64,000 bases of DNA from a bacterium (lineage in GTDB: Bacteria > Bacteroidota > Ignavibacteria > UBA10030), in the NCBI GenBank assembly GCA_043803945.1, contig JAZDJN010000032.1, positions 12,315-76,314 on the forward strand, in the 5' to 3' direction. Below are positions 31,052 through 42,300 of this stretch, piece by piece. Each line of letters begins with the position of its first letter. The first letter of the stretch is position 1. A model generated the notes under the pieces. It saw nothing but the letters and a program-made list of their open reading frames with translations. It did no database searches and had not been told where the DNA came from. The position numbers and the translations under genes are program-made.

Positions 31052-31278
31052 TGTCGCTCTTCAAAAGTCCATTCGCACCATGACCGCATAATGAACCATC
31101 CAATCAATATTTCCAGCTGGAGTTGAGTTCTTGATTTGAAGAATCCGAGATAGAACGATAGGAGTGATCTAATCATTTGTGCTTTTCCTCTTTGCCATGA
31201 TAGTTGACATAGAACAAAAGGATCGATATCAATGAAATTCACTATTTTTGTATGCGGATGGAGTTTTGACGAGGCACA
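31052..31278 (-). mobile_element. IS relic copy E (MITE-sized, 227 bp, both IRs)
   Basis: tgtcgctcttcaaaagtccattcg ... cggatggagttttgacgaggcaca; contains only MIRSLLSFYLGFFKSRTQLQLEI. Confidence 0.85.
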
Positions 31279-31488
31279 GAGGATTCTGAATACCCTATTA
31301 AAGGAATACCGAAACATAGATAAGAATAGTCACAGCTCAGATATCAATTTTCATATTCTGAATTCACTACGTCCATAAAAAATAGTTACTCTAATATTCA
31401 AAGAACAAATTCGCATTACATTCCGCTTCCCAATCAAATGGCTTCTTGTTTCTCTCAGTCTGCTCATTTCGAGAACTAAAAAATTAAC

Positions 31489-31517
31489 TTGACAATGAAA
31501 TAGAAATGGTTTAAAAT
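31489..31517 (+). promoter_or_regulatory. Sigma70-type promoter of the glycan locus
   Basis: TTGACA (31489-31494), 17 nt, TAAAAT (31512-31517). Confidence 0.8.
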
Positions 31518-31545
31518 GTAACCGGTTACATTGTAACCGGTTACA
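31517..31545. promoter_or_regulatory. Tandem LacI-family operators
   Basis: Two perfect TGTAACCGGTTACA palindromes (31517-31530 and 31532-31545) with the central CG typical of LacI/GalR sites, overlapping -10/+1. Confidence 0.9.
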
Positions 31546-31579
31546 TTTCACTCCTGAGACTCGTACCTTGAGCCCTATT

Positions 31580-32596
31580 ATGAAGATGAGAGAAAAAATC
31601 ACAATTCATGAAGTTGCGAGAAAAGCTGGTGTCTCCGTAGCAACTGTCTCTCGTGTCTATAATAATAGTAATCTGGTGACTGAACCGACAAAGGAACTTG
31701 TCCGTCAGGTTGCAGCAAAGTTACGATACACACCAAGTGTGTCTGCACGAAATCTTAGCAAGAGAAGCACGGAGACGATTGGTCTCCTTCTCCCCGATAT
31801 GCATGGCGAATTCTTCTCTGAGATCATTCGTGGCGCTGATAGTGTTGCACGTGAGTACCAATACCATCTGCTGGTGTCTAGTTCCCATAGCAATAAAGAA
31901 GAGCTCTTTTCCGCAATTCGGACGATGGATGGACGCGTCGATGGACTTGCTATTATGTCTCCACATCTTGATGGTGAAATTCTAAATCATCATGCACTTC
32001 AAGTAATACCAACCGTAGTTATGAGTGCGTCAAAACAAGTTGCACTGCATGATACCGTTAAAGTCGATAATCTCGGTGGAGCAAAGCAGGTCATAAAACA
32101 TCTCCTTGAAAAGGGGCATCGGAAGATCGCCCTGATTAAGGGTGAATCTGGGAATGAAGATTCTGAAGAACGATTTATTGGTTGCCTGAAAACCATGAAA
32201 GGTGCAGGATTGACATTCATTAAGGAGTACATTCTTGATGGAGATTTCACTGACACAAGTGGTTATACGGTTGCTGCAGATCTCCTGAAGAGAAGGGAAC
32301 GGCCTACCGCTATATTTGCCTTCAATGATGAAATGGCAATCGGAGTGTTGCGACTCTTGAGAGAAAAAGGTTTGAAAGTCCCAGCAGATATAGCGGTTGC
32401 CGGTTTTGATGATATCCAAATCTCCAAATTGATCCATCCTTCTCTAACAACGGTCCATGTCAATATCAGCGAACTTGGTTCCAGGTCGATTAAACTTATC
32501 CTGAAGAAATTAAACTCTGAAAAAGAGCGAGAAAAACATTTACACCTTCTCCTCCCAGCATACCTAATTGTCAGAGACTCGACGAGAAAACAGTAA
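31580..32596 (+). CDS. LacI-family transcriptional regulator
   Basis: TIHEVARKAGVSVATVSRV HTH; PTAIFAFNDEMAIG, VAGFDD, PSLTTV. Confidence 0.96.
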   Translation: MKMREKITIHEVARKAGVSVATVSRVYNNSNLVTEPTKELVRQVAAKLRYTPSVSARNLSKRSTETIGLLLPDMHGEFFSEIIRGADSVAREYQYHLLVSSSHSNKEELFSAIRTMDGRVDGLAIMSPHLDGEILNHHALQVIPTVVMSASKQVALHDTVKVDNLGGAKQVIKHLLEKGHRKIALIKGESGNEDSEERFIGCLKTMKGAGLTFIKEYILDGDFTDTSGYTVAADLLKRRERPTAIFAFNDEMAIGVLRLLREKGLKVPADIAVAGFDDIQISKLIHPSLTTVHVNISELGSRSIKLILKKLNSEKEREKHLHLLLPAYLIVRDSTRKQ

Positions 32597-32680
32597 GGAA
32601 TGTTTTGAAGTGTTTAAGGTTGCTCGTACGTTTTCGAATCAAATATTTCTTTTTCAATTCACACTTAATAGGAGGAAGCA

Positions 32681-34498
32681 ATGAAAAATTTCGTGCTAGT
32701 TGTTTTTTTTCTTGCCTTAATTCTTGCAGGGACAACAACTCTCCTTGCACAAACGGTGTGGGACGATCCACTATCGTTGACGGTAAAGAATGCAACGGGA
32801 GCTGTCACCTTAGACGGCAAGCTCGATGAGTCGGATTGGGCGGGTGCACCGACGCTGGTATTTGGGATGGGAGCGCATTTGAAGAAGCTGGTTGGTGAGT
32901 ACACGGTGACGAGCAGCGCTGATGTGAAGAATGGGTTCGACGATGCGGGAGTGAAGTATTACATACCGCATAAGGACAGCACGGTGACGAGGGTGAAGTT
33001 TTTACGGAAGGGGACGAATCTGTATATCGGCATCCAATCGAATGACAAGTCGATCTGCAAGTTTGATTGGGAAGGCGATGGCATGTTCATGAAGATCAAG
33101 ACGTTGGCCGGACAGGAGAAAGAGTATAAGCTGTATTGGCAGAACATCGAGGCGAACAAGGATACGATACGGTATGAGGAAGGAGTCGCCGGATCAGGAG
33201 ATGGGAAGGGATACCTGTTGACCGGCAGCACGGTGAACGACACGGCAAATACAGACAACGGATATACAGCGGAGATGGTGTTACAGTTGGACAAGTTGGG
33301 GTATGCGTCGACGTTGACGAGCGTTCAGTTGCTTATCAACATATTTGATCCGGATGGATTCAAGCATCCGATGAGCTCGTGGCATCACACGATAGGGTCG
33401 TTTTACAAGTCGTGGTGGGGGAGTGAATGGGGAGGAACGATGAGAACACTGAACTTCACAGCGGAGCCCTTTGATGATCCACCCTCATTGACGGTGAAGA
33501 ATGCGACGGGCGGTGTTACGCTTGATGGGAAGTTAGACGAATCGGATTGGACGGGTGCGCCGACGCTGGTATTTGGGATGGGAGCACATTTGAAGAAGCT
33601 GGCTGGTGAATACACGGTGACGAGCGGCGCTGATGTGAAGAATGGGTTCGACGATGCGGGAGTGAAGTATTACGTACCGCATAAGGACAGCACGGTGACG
33701 AGGGTGAAGTTTTTACGGAAGGGGACGAACCTGTATATCGGTATCCAATCGAATGATAAGTCGATCTGCAAGTTTGATTGGGAAGGCGATGGCATGTTCA
33801 TGAAGATTAAGACGTTGGCCGGGCAGGAGAAGGAGTATAAGCTGTACTGGCAGAACATCGAGGCGAACAAGGATACGATGCGGTATGAGGAAGGAGTTGC
33901 CGGATCGGGAGATGGGAAGGGCTTTCTGCTGACCGGCAGTACGGTGAACGACACGACAAATGTGGACAATGGATATACTGCTGAGCTGATGCTCCAGCTC
34001 GATAAGCTTGGCTATGCCACATCGTCAACGACAGCCCAGGTATCGATTGACATATTTGATCCGGATGGATTCAAGCATCCGATGAGTTCGTGGCATCACA
34101 CGATAGGGTCGTTTTACAAGTCGTGGTGGGGAAGTGAGTGGGGAAGTGCGTATCGGACACTACTCCTCAATAATACCACAGATGTTCGAGATGAGGTCGC
34201 CCTGATCCCGGACGTCTTCTCGCTCTCCCAGAACTATCCAAATCCGTTCAATCCTAGCACAACGATACAGTATGGCATTCCCGAACGGAGTACTGTGGCA
34301 TTGAAAGTCCATGATGTTATTGGTCGTGAGATTGCTACGTTGGTGAATGAAGAACTTCCTGCAGGGACACACCGCATAACGTTCAATGCATCTACGTTAG
34401 CCAGTGGATTCTATTTCTATCGGCTGGTAGCAACTCCTAGAAGCTCTCCGCAGAAGGAACCGTTTATTACTGTAAAGAAATTATTACTCATCAAATGA
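32681..34498 (+). CDS. Secreted T9SS cargo with two near-identical CBM9/DOMON-like domains
   Basis: RBS aggagg; signal peptide; VTLDGKLDESDW and GYTAE motifs twice; C-terminal SQNYPNPFNPST...KKLLLIK type A CTD. Confidence 0.8.
   Translation: MKNFVLVVFFLALILAGTTTLLAQTVWDDPLSLTVKNATGAVTLDGKLDESDWAGAPTLVFGMGAHLKKLVGEYTVTSSADVKNGFDDAGVKYYIPHKDSTVTRVKFLRKGTNLYIGIQSNDKSICKFDWEGDGMFMKIKTLAGQEKEYKLYWQNIEANKDTIRYEEGVAGSGDGKGYLLTGSTVNDTANTDNGYTAEMVLQLDKLGYASTLTSVQLLINIFDPDGFKHPMSSWHHTIGSFYKSWWGSEWGGTMRTLNFTAEPFDDPPSLTVKNATGGVTLDGKLDESDWTGAPTLVFGMGAHLKKLAGEYTVTSGADVKNGFDDAGVKYYVPHKDSTVTRVKFLRKGTNLYIGIQSNDKSICKFDWEGDGMFMKIKTLAGQEKEYKLYWQNIEANKDTMRYEEGVAGSGDGKGFLLTGSTVNDTTNVDNGYTAELMLQLDKLGYATSSTTAQVSIDIFDPDGFKHPMSSWHHTIGSFYKSWWGSEWGSAYRTLLLNNTTDVRDEVALIPDVFSLSQNYPNPFNPSTTIQYGIPERSTVALKVHDVIGREIATLVNEELPAGTHRITFNASTLASGFYFYRLVATPRSSPQKEPFITVKKLLLIK
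32762..34145 (+). repeat. Intragenic tandem duplication, period 711 bp
   Basis: Unit 1 starts at 32762 (DDPLSLTVKNATG) and unit 2 at 33473 (DDPPSLTVKNATG); long identical DNA stretches. Confidence 0.95.
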
Positions 34499-34510
34499 TG
34501 GTATCGTATT

Positions 34511-34544
34511 GAGCTGCAGAATGGGATTTTTCATTCTGCAGCTC
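34511..34544 (+). other. 13-bp perfect stem-loop without a U-tract (mRNA stabiliser or weak terminator)
   Basis: gagctgcagaatg-ggattttt-cattctgcagctc. Confidence 0.65.
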
Positions 34545-34630
34545 TCATATTTAATGGAATGGTTCTTGTGAAGAGTGCAGTTGTTTCATCGGATATCACT
34601 CTTAATTCTTGAAAGGAGGCCACCCATCTT

Positions 34631-36553
34631 ATGAGGCCCTGGAATATCCTTTTTTCGATACTAATCGTATGCATTTTGACTGTAGGTGTCACTCGAGGAC
34701 AAATGATGAAGAGAACCGATGCCCTCTGGGCTCGAGTCGTTCCTGCTGGAACAGTGACTGTTGACGGCAAACTCACTGAATCTGCGTGGGCGAAGGCCGA
34801 GTCTACCGTGATCCGGTATGATCCATCTAACTCAAATAATATCCCCGGGAGCGGATGGAAGTCGGAGCGGTCAGGTGGAAGCTGGAACGGAACGGTGACC
34901 GATCCAACAAGGGCTGTCATCAAGTTCTTAATACAAGGCGATGAGTTGATCCTTGGAGTCTTTGTCTCCGACAGTTCTGTCGGTGGAGGATTGTTCAATG
35001 AATGCGATGGTCTCTTGATGAACTTGCGTGACCATGCCTCGCCAAACCTTCCCGCCCCTCCCTTTGAATACGGTTATGCTTGGGTCACAGAAACGTGGGG
35101 GGATCCAAACGCTGGTAATGTGAATGCCAGTCCGATTTATTTTGGCCCGGTGAAATCCGACCGGTCGATCTATACCGGAGCAACCCAGGTGCTGGGAGTT
35201 TCGAATGATGACAAAAACGGCGGGACAAGTATCACTGCAGATCAAGGTTACACCATGGAAATTCGTTTCAATTTGCCGGCGAGAGGTTACAACGTCAATA
35301 AGCCAGGTGGTGAGATCATTGAGTTCACCCTCTCGGTCTATGATGCAGATTGGCAGTGGCCATATAACGATTCGAAGTTTTACGGAAATCGGGTCTGGTG
35401 GCAAGGACAGTGGGGAAATAGTGATACCTGGAATGTTGGAAGGATCTACGTACGTCAGGATGTTACAATATCGACAACTTCTCTGCCGGTGATTGGTCCT
35501 GATCTGATAATCCCCAATGGAAAAAATCATCCGGCACCAACCATCGATGGGAACCTGACAGAAGGTGTGTGGAAAAAAGCATCAAGTTTTCGCATTACCT
35601 TCAATGATAGCACACTGAGAAAATCCTATCCAGGTGTTGGTCCATGGAGGAGCGGACAAACCCAACCGGTGTTGACCGGTGCCATAGGAACACCCCCGGT
35701 ATTAGATCCTGGAGATGCCGTTTTCAAGTACTTCTTCATTGCAGATACCCTGTACTTAGGTATAGATGTGAACGATCAGGTTGTCACTTCGATTGAAGAT
35801 TATGATCGGTGGGATGCCGTGCGTCTGATGATCAGTTCTCGCGACTCGCTTGAAAAAATTGATCACGTCCTCCTCACACGGATGTTAACGGTTCGGTTTG
35901 ACAACATGGGGAAAATACAGCTCCGAGATTATCTCCAATACCTCGATTCTCTCAAGTATGCTCGTGCAGCATTGAAGATGAAATCTGGAACGACTATTAA
36001 TGATCCAACGGATGCCGATGCAGGATACACTATCGAGATGGCCATTGCCCTCTCGCCGTTTGGCTATCCGGCTGGCCGGGGTGATGGTGTGCTCTTCCTT
36101 GGCGCAACGTTGATGGATGGGGATAAATTCTCGAATGCTGCCGATGATTATGGTACGCGTGCATGGTTCATGCGTGAACATGACCGGAGTTCTGCACCAG
36201 CCTGGTGCTATATGGATCCTAACTCTGTCATCACGTCTGTCGTTGAAGAAACCTCGGTATCACCAGTGCGAGAATTCAGATTACTGGGAAATTATCCGAA
36301 TCCGTTTAATCCGTCCACTACTATTCTCTATGAAATTCCAGATGAAGGTCTAGTAACACTCATAATATACGATGCTCTCGGGCGAATAGTGGAAAAGTCA
36401 AACGCAGGATATCAGAACACGGGTACACACTCTCTCCTGTTTCACGGCCAAGCACTAAGCTCTGGTATCTACTTCTATCACCTTGAGCTGCAGAATGTAC
36501 GATCGACGACTTTAGTGCGTACCTCTCCCGGTAAAATGATTCTTGTAAAATAA
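34631..36553 (+). CDS. Secreted T9SS cargo with two divergent CBM9-like domains
   Basis: RBS aaggagg; signal peptide; VTVDGKLTESAW, PTIDGNLTEGVW, GYTMEIRF, GYTIEMAI; GNYPNPFNPST CTD. Confidence 0.8.
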   Translation: MRPWNILFSILIVCILTVGVTRGQMMKRTDALWARVVPAGTVTVDGKLTESAWAKAESTVIRYDPSNSNNIPGSGWKSERSGGSWNGTVTDPTRAVIKFLIQGDELILGVFVSDSSVGGGLFNECDGLLMNLRDHASPNLPAPPFEYGYAWVTETWGDPNAGNVNASPIYFGPVKSDRSIYTGATQVLGVSNDDKNGGTSITADQGYTMEIRFNLPARGYNVNKPGGEIIEFTLSVYDADWQWPYNDSKFYGNRVWWQGQWGNSDTWNVGRIYVRQDVTISTTSLPVIGPDLIIPNGKNHPAPTIDGNLTEGVWKKASSFRITFNDSTLRKSYPGVGPWRSGQTQPVLTGAIGTPPVLDPGDAVFKYFFIADTLYLGIDVNDQVVTSIEDYDRWDAVRLMISSRDSLEKIDHVLLTRMLTVRFDNMGKIQLRDYLQYLDSLKYARAALKMKSGTTINDPTDADAGYTIEMAIALSPFGYPAGRGDGVLFLGATLMDGDKFSNAADDYGTRAWFMREHDRSSAPAWCYMDPNSVITSVVEETSVSPVREFRLLGNYPNPFNPSTTILYEIPDEGLVTLIIYDALGRIVEKSNAGYQNTGTHSLLFHGQALSSGIYFYHLELQNVRSTTLVRTSPGKMILVK

Positions 36554-36560
36554 GCGAGCA

Positions 36561-36591
36561 GCCGGAGGAGTTCCTTTCAACGTCCTCCGGT
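36561..36591 (+). other. Intergenic stem-loop before the TBDR
   Basis: gccggagga...tcctccggt, with a T-rich stretch further downstream. Confidence 0.55.
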
Positions 36592-36624
36592 TCTTGATCC
36601 ATTTTTCATTTTTTTGAATAGCCT

Positions 36625-39300
36625 ATGAAGAGTGCTTTGAGGTCTGAATCACGCTCCTTTTCGTTCCAGTTCCCAATTGTATTACTCTTTTCTCTAGTAC
36701 TTGGTCTGACTCCACTACAAGCAGACACGAAAGGGAAATTGGCAGGAAAAGTCGTTGATAAAAAAAATGAACCTCTTATCGGAGTGAATATCCTCCTGGT
36801 GGGGACAACTCTGGGAAGCGTCACTGATCTTGAGGGGAACTATGTCATCCTGAACATTCCCCCGGCACTCTATCAGGTACGGGTAAGCAGCATTGGTTAT
36901 AGCCCACAGGTTGTGAGCGAAGTGCGCATCTCAGCAGGTCAAACAACCACGATTAATGTAACACTCTCTGAACAAGCTGTCACATTGGAGGAGGTGGTTG
37001 TCAAGGCAGAAAAACCGATCGTCGATGTACGACAAACGAGCTCTGTTGCGATCCTCGGTAAGGACCAGATTGCAGTTCTTCCTGTACAAGACCTGAACGA
37101 TATTGTAAACCTTCAGGCGGGTGTCGTCGATGGACACTTTCGTGGGGGGCGTCTGGGTGAAGTGCAATATCAGGTTGATGGAGTTTCTGTGAATAATCCG
37201 TTTGATAATTCCTCCAGCGTAAAACTCGACAGATCGGTGCTCCAGGAGGTCCAGATCATCAGCGGGACGTTTGATGCTGAGTATGGACAGGCAATGAGTG
37301 GTGTTGTGAACGCCATCTTGAAGAGCGGTTCGGAGGATGCGTTTGAGTGGAATGTGGAACTTTACAGCGGCGATTATATCAACTCTGGCAAGACAGAGCG
37401 ATTCCCGTTTATTAACCGGATTGATCCTCTGGCTATTCAGAGCTATCAAATCAGTCTAAGTGGGCCAACAGGATTAGAGAAGACTACTTTTCTTGTAGGT
37501 GGCCGATATTTCAATAATGCGGGATGTCTCTTTGGTGAACGACGGTTTGTGCCAGGCGATGTGAATGATTTTCAGAGTTATCGATTCCACCCGACGGGAG
37601 ATGGAAAACAGGTTTCCATGGGTGATGCTGAAGAGCTCTCCGGACAATTAAAAATTTCCAATCGCTCACTCGCTGGAATTCAATTAGGTTATCAAGCGAT
37701 CGGCAATGTGATCAAATCCCAATTCTATTCCCACGCTTTTCGCTTCAATCCCGATGGCGCAAAGAAGCAGCGAAGTGTCTCACTGAGCCATGGCATTGAC
37801 GCCACGCATTCCCTATCGAACACATTGTTTTATACTGTGAGCCTGCGTCAAAACTACTATCGCTATACGGATTTTGTCTATGAGGATTTGTTCGATCCAC
37901 GTTATGTGCAGTATGGTTTTCCCAAGGGAGATCGGAATTACGAAGTAGGTGCTTACGTTCAGGGAGTCGATCTGAGCAGATTCAAGCAGGAAACCTCTTC
38001 TTGGATTCTGAAAGCCTCCTTAACAAACCAAATTCAACGCTATCATCTCTTGAAAGCGGGTGCTGAATTTCAGATTTCGAAGATCATCTTTGGTCCACCT
38101 GGGTCATTGGTGCCGACAACTGTGAATGGTGTCCAGGTCCTCGTGCCGATTATCGACAGTCCTGATTATCCGGGATTGAGATCGTATCATCCTCTAATGG
38201 GCTCGGCCTTTATTCAGGATCGGATTGAGTTGGAGGATTTCCTTGTCCGGATTGGTGGGCGGCTCGAATATTTTAATGCTCGATCGGAATTGCCCGGTGA
38301 TTTGCAGAATCCTGCAAATGCAATTTCCGGTGCACCTACTTCGAACCTCAGACCGATAAATCCGAAAATGATTTTTGCTCCGCGGCTTGGCATCTCCTAT
38401 CCCATCACTGATCAGGGATCGATTTTCTTTTCCTATGGACATTTCTATCAGATGCCAGGTCTCGGACAGCTCTTTTCCAATTCTGACTATACGATCTTGA
38501 AAGACTTGCAGGCAGGCAGCATCTCATTTGGCGTTATGGGTAATCCCAATCTTAAACCAGAGTTTACGACGCAATATGAAGTCGGGGTGAAGTCTCAGCT
38601 CTCTTCAAGTCTGGGATTTGATTTTAGTATCTACTATAAAGACATCCGCGACTTGCTTGGAGTGGAATTCGTCTCTACCTATACGGCTGCCGAATACGCA
38701 CGCTTGACGAATGTTGACTTTGGTGAAGTCGAGGGATTCACTCTCGCAATTGATTATCGGAGTGGTGAATTGCTGAGTGCGAGTGTGGATTACAGTTACC
38801 AAATTACGACGGGGAATTCAAGCGATCCGCGCGAAACGGCGACTCGTGCTGCTGGCGGCGAAGATCCTCGCCCGCGGAAAGCTCCGTTAGCATGGGATCA
38901 ACGGCATACGCTCAATGCAAATCTCATCATCTCTGAACGGGAAAATTATTCAATCACCGCTCTTGCCCGATTTGGATCGGGACAACCCTATACACCGACG
39001 GTCTTGAGCCGGCTTGGTGCTAATCTAGAGACGAATTCAGGTCGGAAGGCGACTTTCCTGGTAGCGGATCTCCGCGCTGAAAAATCACTTGACATCTTTG
39101 GTGTACGATGTAGTCTCTTTCTCCGGGTGTTCAACCTTTTTAATACCCACACAGTGAATGGATTTGTGTTCACGGATACGGGTAGCCCTGATTATACGCT
39201 GAATGTCGCAGGGAATGCTTCTCTGCTCCTCGATCCAAGTCGCTACTATCCACCCCGTCGTATAGAACTCGGATTTTCTATGAACAGTATTAGCCGGTGA
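36625..39300 (+). CDS. TonB-dependent receptor with an N-terminal carboxypeptidase-regulatory-like domain (non-SusC type)
   Basis: GKLAGKVVD...PLIGVNI, LEEVVV, plug HFRGGR...YQVDG, GTFDAEYGQAMSGVVN, PRLGISYP, GNPNLKPE, PRRIELG. Confidence 0.92.
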   Translation: MKSALRSESRSFSFQFPIVLLFSLVLGLTPLQADTKGKLAGKVVDKKNEPLIGVNILLVGTTLGSVTDLEGNYVILNIPPALYQVRVSSIGYSPQVVSEVRISAGQTTTINVTLSEQAVTLEEVVVKAEKPIVDVRQTSSVAILGKDQIAVLPVQDLNDIVNLQAGVVDGHFRGGRLGEVQYQVDGVSVNNPFDNSSSVKLDRSVLQEVQIISGTFDAEYGQAMSGVVNAILKSGSEDAFEWNVELYSGDYINSGKTERFPFINRIDPLAIQSYQISLSGPTGLEKTTFLVGGRYFNNAGCLFGERRFVPGDVNDFQSYRFHPTGDGKQVSMGDAEELSGQLKISNRSLAGIQLGYQAIGNVIKSQFYSHAFRFNPDGAKKQRSVSLSHGIDATHSLSNTLFYTVSLRQNYYRYTDFVYEDLFDPRYVQYGFPKGDRNYEVGAYVQGVDLSRFKQETSSWILKASLTNQIQRYHLLKAGAEFQISKIIFGPPGSLVPTTVNGVQVLVPIIDSPDYPGLRSYHPLMGSAFIQDRIELEDFLVRIGGRLEYFNARSELPGDLQNPANAISGAPTSNLRPINPKMIFAPRLGISYPITDQGSIFFSYGHFYQMPGLGQLFSNSDYTILKDLQAGSISFGVMGNPNLKPEFTTQYEVGVKSQLSSSLGFDFSIYYKDIRDLLGVEFVSTYTAAEYARLTNVDFGEVEGFTLAIDYRSGELLSASVDYSYQITTGNSSDPRETATRAAGGEDPRPRKAPLAWDQRHTLNANLIISERENYSITALARFGSGQPYTPTVLSRLGANLETNSGRKATFLVADLRAEKSLDIFGVRCSLFLRVFNLFNTHTVNGFVFTDTGSPDYTLNVAGNASLLLDPSRYYPPRRIELGFSMNSISR

Positions 39301-42300
39301 GTATTTCCATGAACAGACGCTTTGGATGCAAGAAAACACTTGTCCATCTCCTTTTTATCGTTGGATGTGTTGCGCCTGGATTTGGACAGATCCGTACTCC
39401 GGTTCCAGAATCCCAGCGCGGACGCATCGACGCAGAACGATCGGGAATGCATGATGCAGCGAGTATACGTACTGTTTTCTATAACTTTGGCATGGTGGGC
39501 GATTATCCGCCCGATCCGGGTAATGTCGATCTGAGCGTATTCCACTCGGTGGAAGTGCCAAAGGGATTGGGTCTCAACTACAGCGATGGCATTACGCCAT
39601 TTGTCCTTGCAAAAGTGCGGCAGCGGAACGGGGTCAATGCTTATATCATGGAAACGGGATTTCGCGAGCGTCAACAGTGGAGTCCATATACACGACGGGT
39701 GATGAGGTTTGAACCACGGCCGGGTTATATGCAAGCCGACCCCGCCAAGAACATCAAGCGATCGCTCGCATTAAGCAGTGATAAGCGCACCTGGCCTGAT
39801 GAATGGATAGACAAACTCGAAGACGTTACCGATCCGGGATGGAGAGGATCGTGGAACGGCTATTTTGGAAAACGCCCTGCCGCCGATCAAGAGAGCTTCT
39901 TCGTTATGGATGATAATTTTTATGATGCGTGGGACTTCTATCCCGATAGCAGAGATACAACGAGACGGGGTCTTGGTTTGCGCGTGGAGGTTCGAGGATT
40001 TCAATGGTCCAATCCACAGGCAGCCAATGTCATCTTCTGGCACTACGATATCACCAACGAATCCACAACAGACTACAATGATAACATCATCTTCGGTCTC
40101 TACATGGATTCCGGTGTGGGGGGCTCGGCACTTTCATGCGATGGTGTGTATGAATCGGACGACGATAATGCATACTTTGACAAATCCCTCGGCCTTAATC
40201 TCGTTTATACCTGGGATAAGAATGGTCATGGTGTTGCGTTCAATTCCAACTGCGCAACGAGCGGTTTTCTTGGATATGCATATTTGGAGACACCCGGGAA
40301 TTCGACCAATGCAATTGATGATGACGACGATGGGATTCTCAATGAGAAGCGCGATGGTGGACCGGGTCAATTAATAACCGGTCAGGCAGCGATCATGGCG
40401 TTTGTCGCTTCACACTATGACACTGCAAAGTTTCAAGCCGCCTATGGGAAAATTGAGGATCGACCAGCGTTTCGTGCAGGCAAATGGTGGACAGGTGATG
40501 AGGATATGGATTGGGTTGCCGATCTTCATGACACTGGTGTTGATGGGATTTTCAATAAGGATCATCCAGATGTCGGGGAGGGAGATGGAATTCCAACTGC
40601 GGGTGAACCCAACTTCGATCAGACAGATCTCCATGAATCCGATCAAATTGGCCTGACGGGATTTAAGATGAATCGCATCGTTGCCGGTCAGGGTACTCCC
40701 AATCCGCAGGTGGATGACATTGTCTTTTTTGATGATGGTCATGCATGGCCGAAACAACAGTATGAAATGTGGACTGACCCTGTTCAAGAGAAACGATTTG
40801 ATGCTGCACTGGTAAGCAACTATAACATTGGATTCTTTTTTGCCTCGGGGCCGTTCAGACTCCTTCAACAAAAACGTGAACGTTTCAGTCTGGCTCTAGC
40901 CTATGGCAACGACCTCGACGAGTTGAAGCGTACCGTCAAAGTTGTGCAGCAGATTTACAATGCAAATTATCAGTTTGCTGTTCCTCCACCGCTCCCGACC
41001 GTTCAGGCGGAAGCTGGCGATGGGTACGTCCGTCTCTCATGGGATGATGTTGCTGAACGTGGTATCGATCCCGTGACGGGTTTGAATGACTTTGAAGGAT
41101 ATCGTGTCTATCGTTCCACTGATCCAACTTTTCTTGATCCGAAACTTATCTCCAATGCGAGGGGGACGGGTCCGCTACAGGGCAGTAATGGAAGACCCAT
41201 CGTTCAATTTGATCTCAAGAATAGTTTCAGGGGATTTTCCTCGCTTGCCGTTGAGGGTGTCCTATACTATCTGGGTGATGAGACGGGTATTACGCATACC
41301 TGGATTGATACAACGGTGACTAACGGAATCCTCTACTACTATGCAGTGACAGCCTACGACCACGGCGCCGATACTCTTGATTTTCACTTCTATCCTTCGG
41401 AGAATCCAATCAGCGTTACACAGGATGTTCGAGCAGGTATCGTCTTACCACCCAACGTCGCCCAGGTGCGACCGAATCAACGTGTGATGGGCTATCAACC
41501 TGCCGGTGCGAATGAAGCTCTGCGTCGTTCAGGTACAGGTTCCGGTTCGGTGAAGTTAAAAGTCTTGACATCATCGCTTGTGCCGAATAATCATACTCTC
41601 TTGATCAAGTTTAGAACGAATCATCCCGACAGTATCAGGGCAGACTACTACGAGATGATCGACAGCACGACCAATACACTGCTGATCGGTCAAGGCACAG
41701 ATCTGATGGGAGAAGGCATTGGTCAGGTTGGTGCCGGAATTCAACCGATCATTGCTACACCCTTAACGACTTCGGTCGATACCCTTGCGAGTCAGTTCTT
41801 ACCATCTGGTAAAACAAATGTGAAATTGAAATTCACCTATCAGCCAGTTGTCTCTCCAAATCGGAGGAGGTCCGGTTATCCGGCAAATTTGACAATAACC
41901 TTTTCCGATACACCGCTCGATACGACACTTCAGGGCATTGGAAGACCACGCAAACCGGTAAAATACAGCATTGTCGCAATCGATTCGAATAAATCGATTC
42001 CTTTAAAGAGTCAACTCTTCGATCGTGACAACGACAGCACGTTGAGTCGGCCCGGGGAGTATATCGATGTCGTCACTTACTTGCCGGAAGCACTCACATC
42101 GGCAAAGGTCACATGGCGCATTCAGATCGATACCACTCGCATGCCTTCCGGTAGTCAGATCATCATCCCTTGCACAGGAGATCAATTTACCGCCGTTATC
42201 AATAAACCATTCGGTGAGGGAGATGTCTACGCATTCACGACAGTGGGTGAGAGTATTGATAAGGACAAAGCAAAGCAAGAGTTTACCGGTGAGCCCTATG

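Noticed and set aside
30970-31317. 115-aa ORF as a real gene
   Set aside because: A chimeric read-through of MITE copy E; only about 23 residues are transposase-derived.
32762-34145. Diversity-generating retroelement TR/VR pair
   Set aside because: Both units are in-frame coding, the differences are not confined to adenines, and no reverse transcriptase is present.
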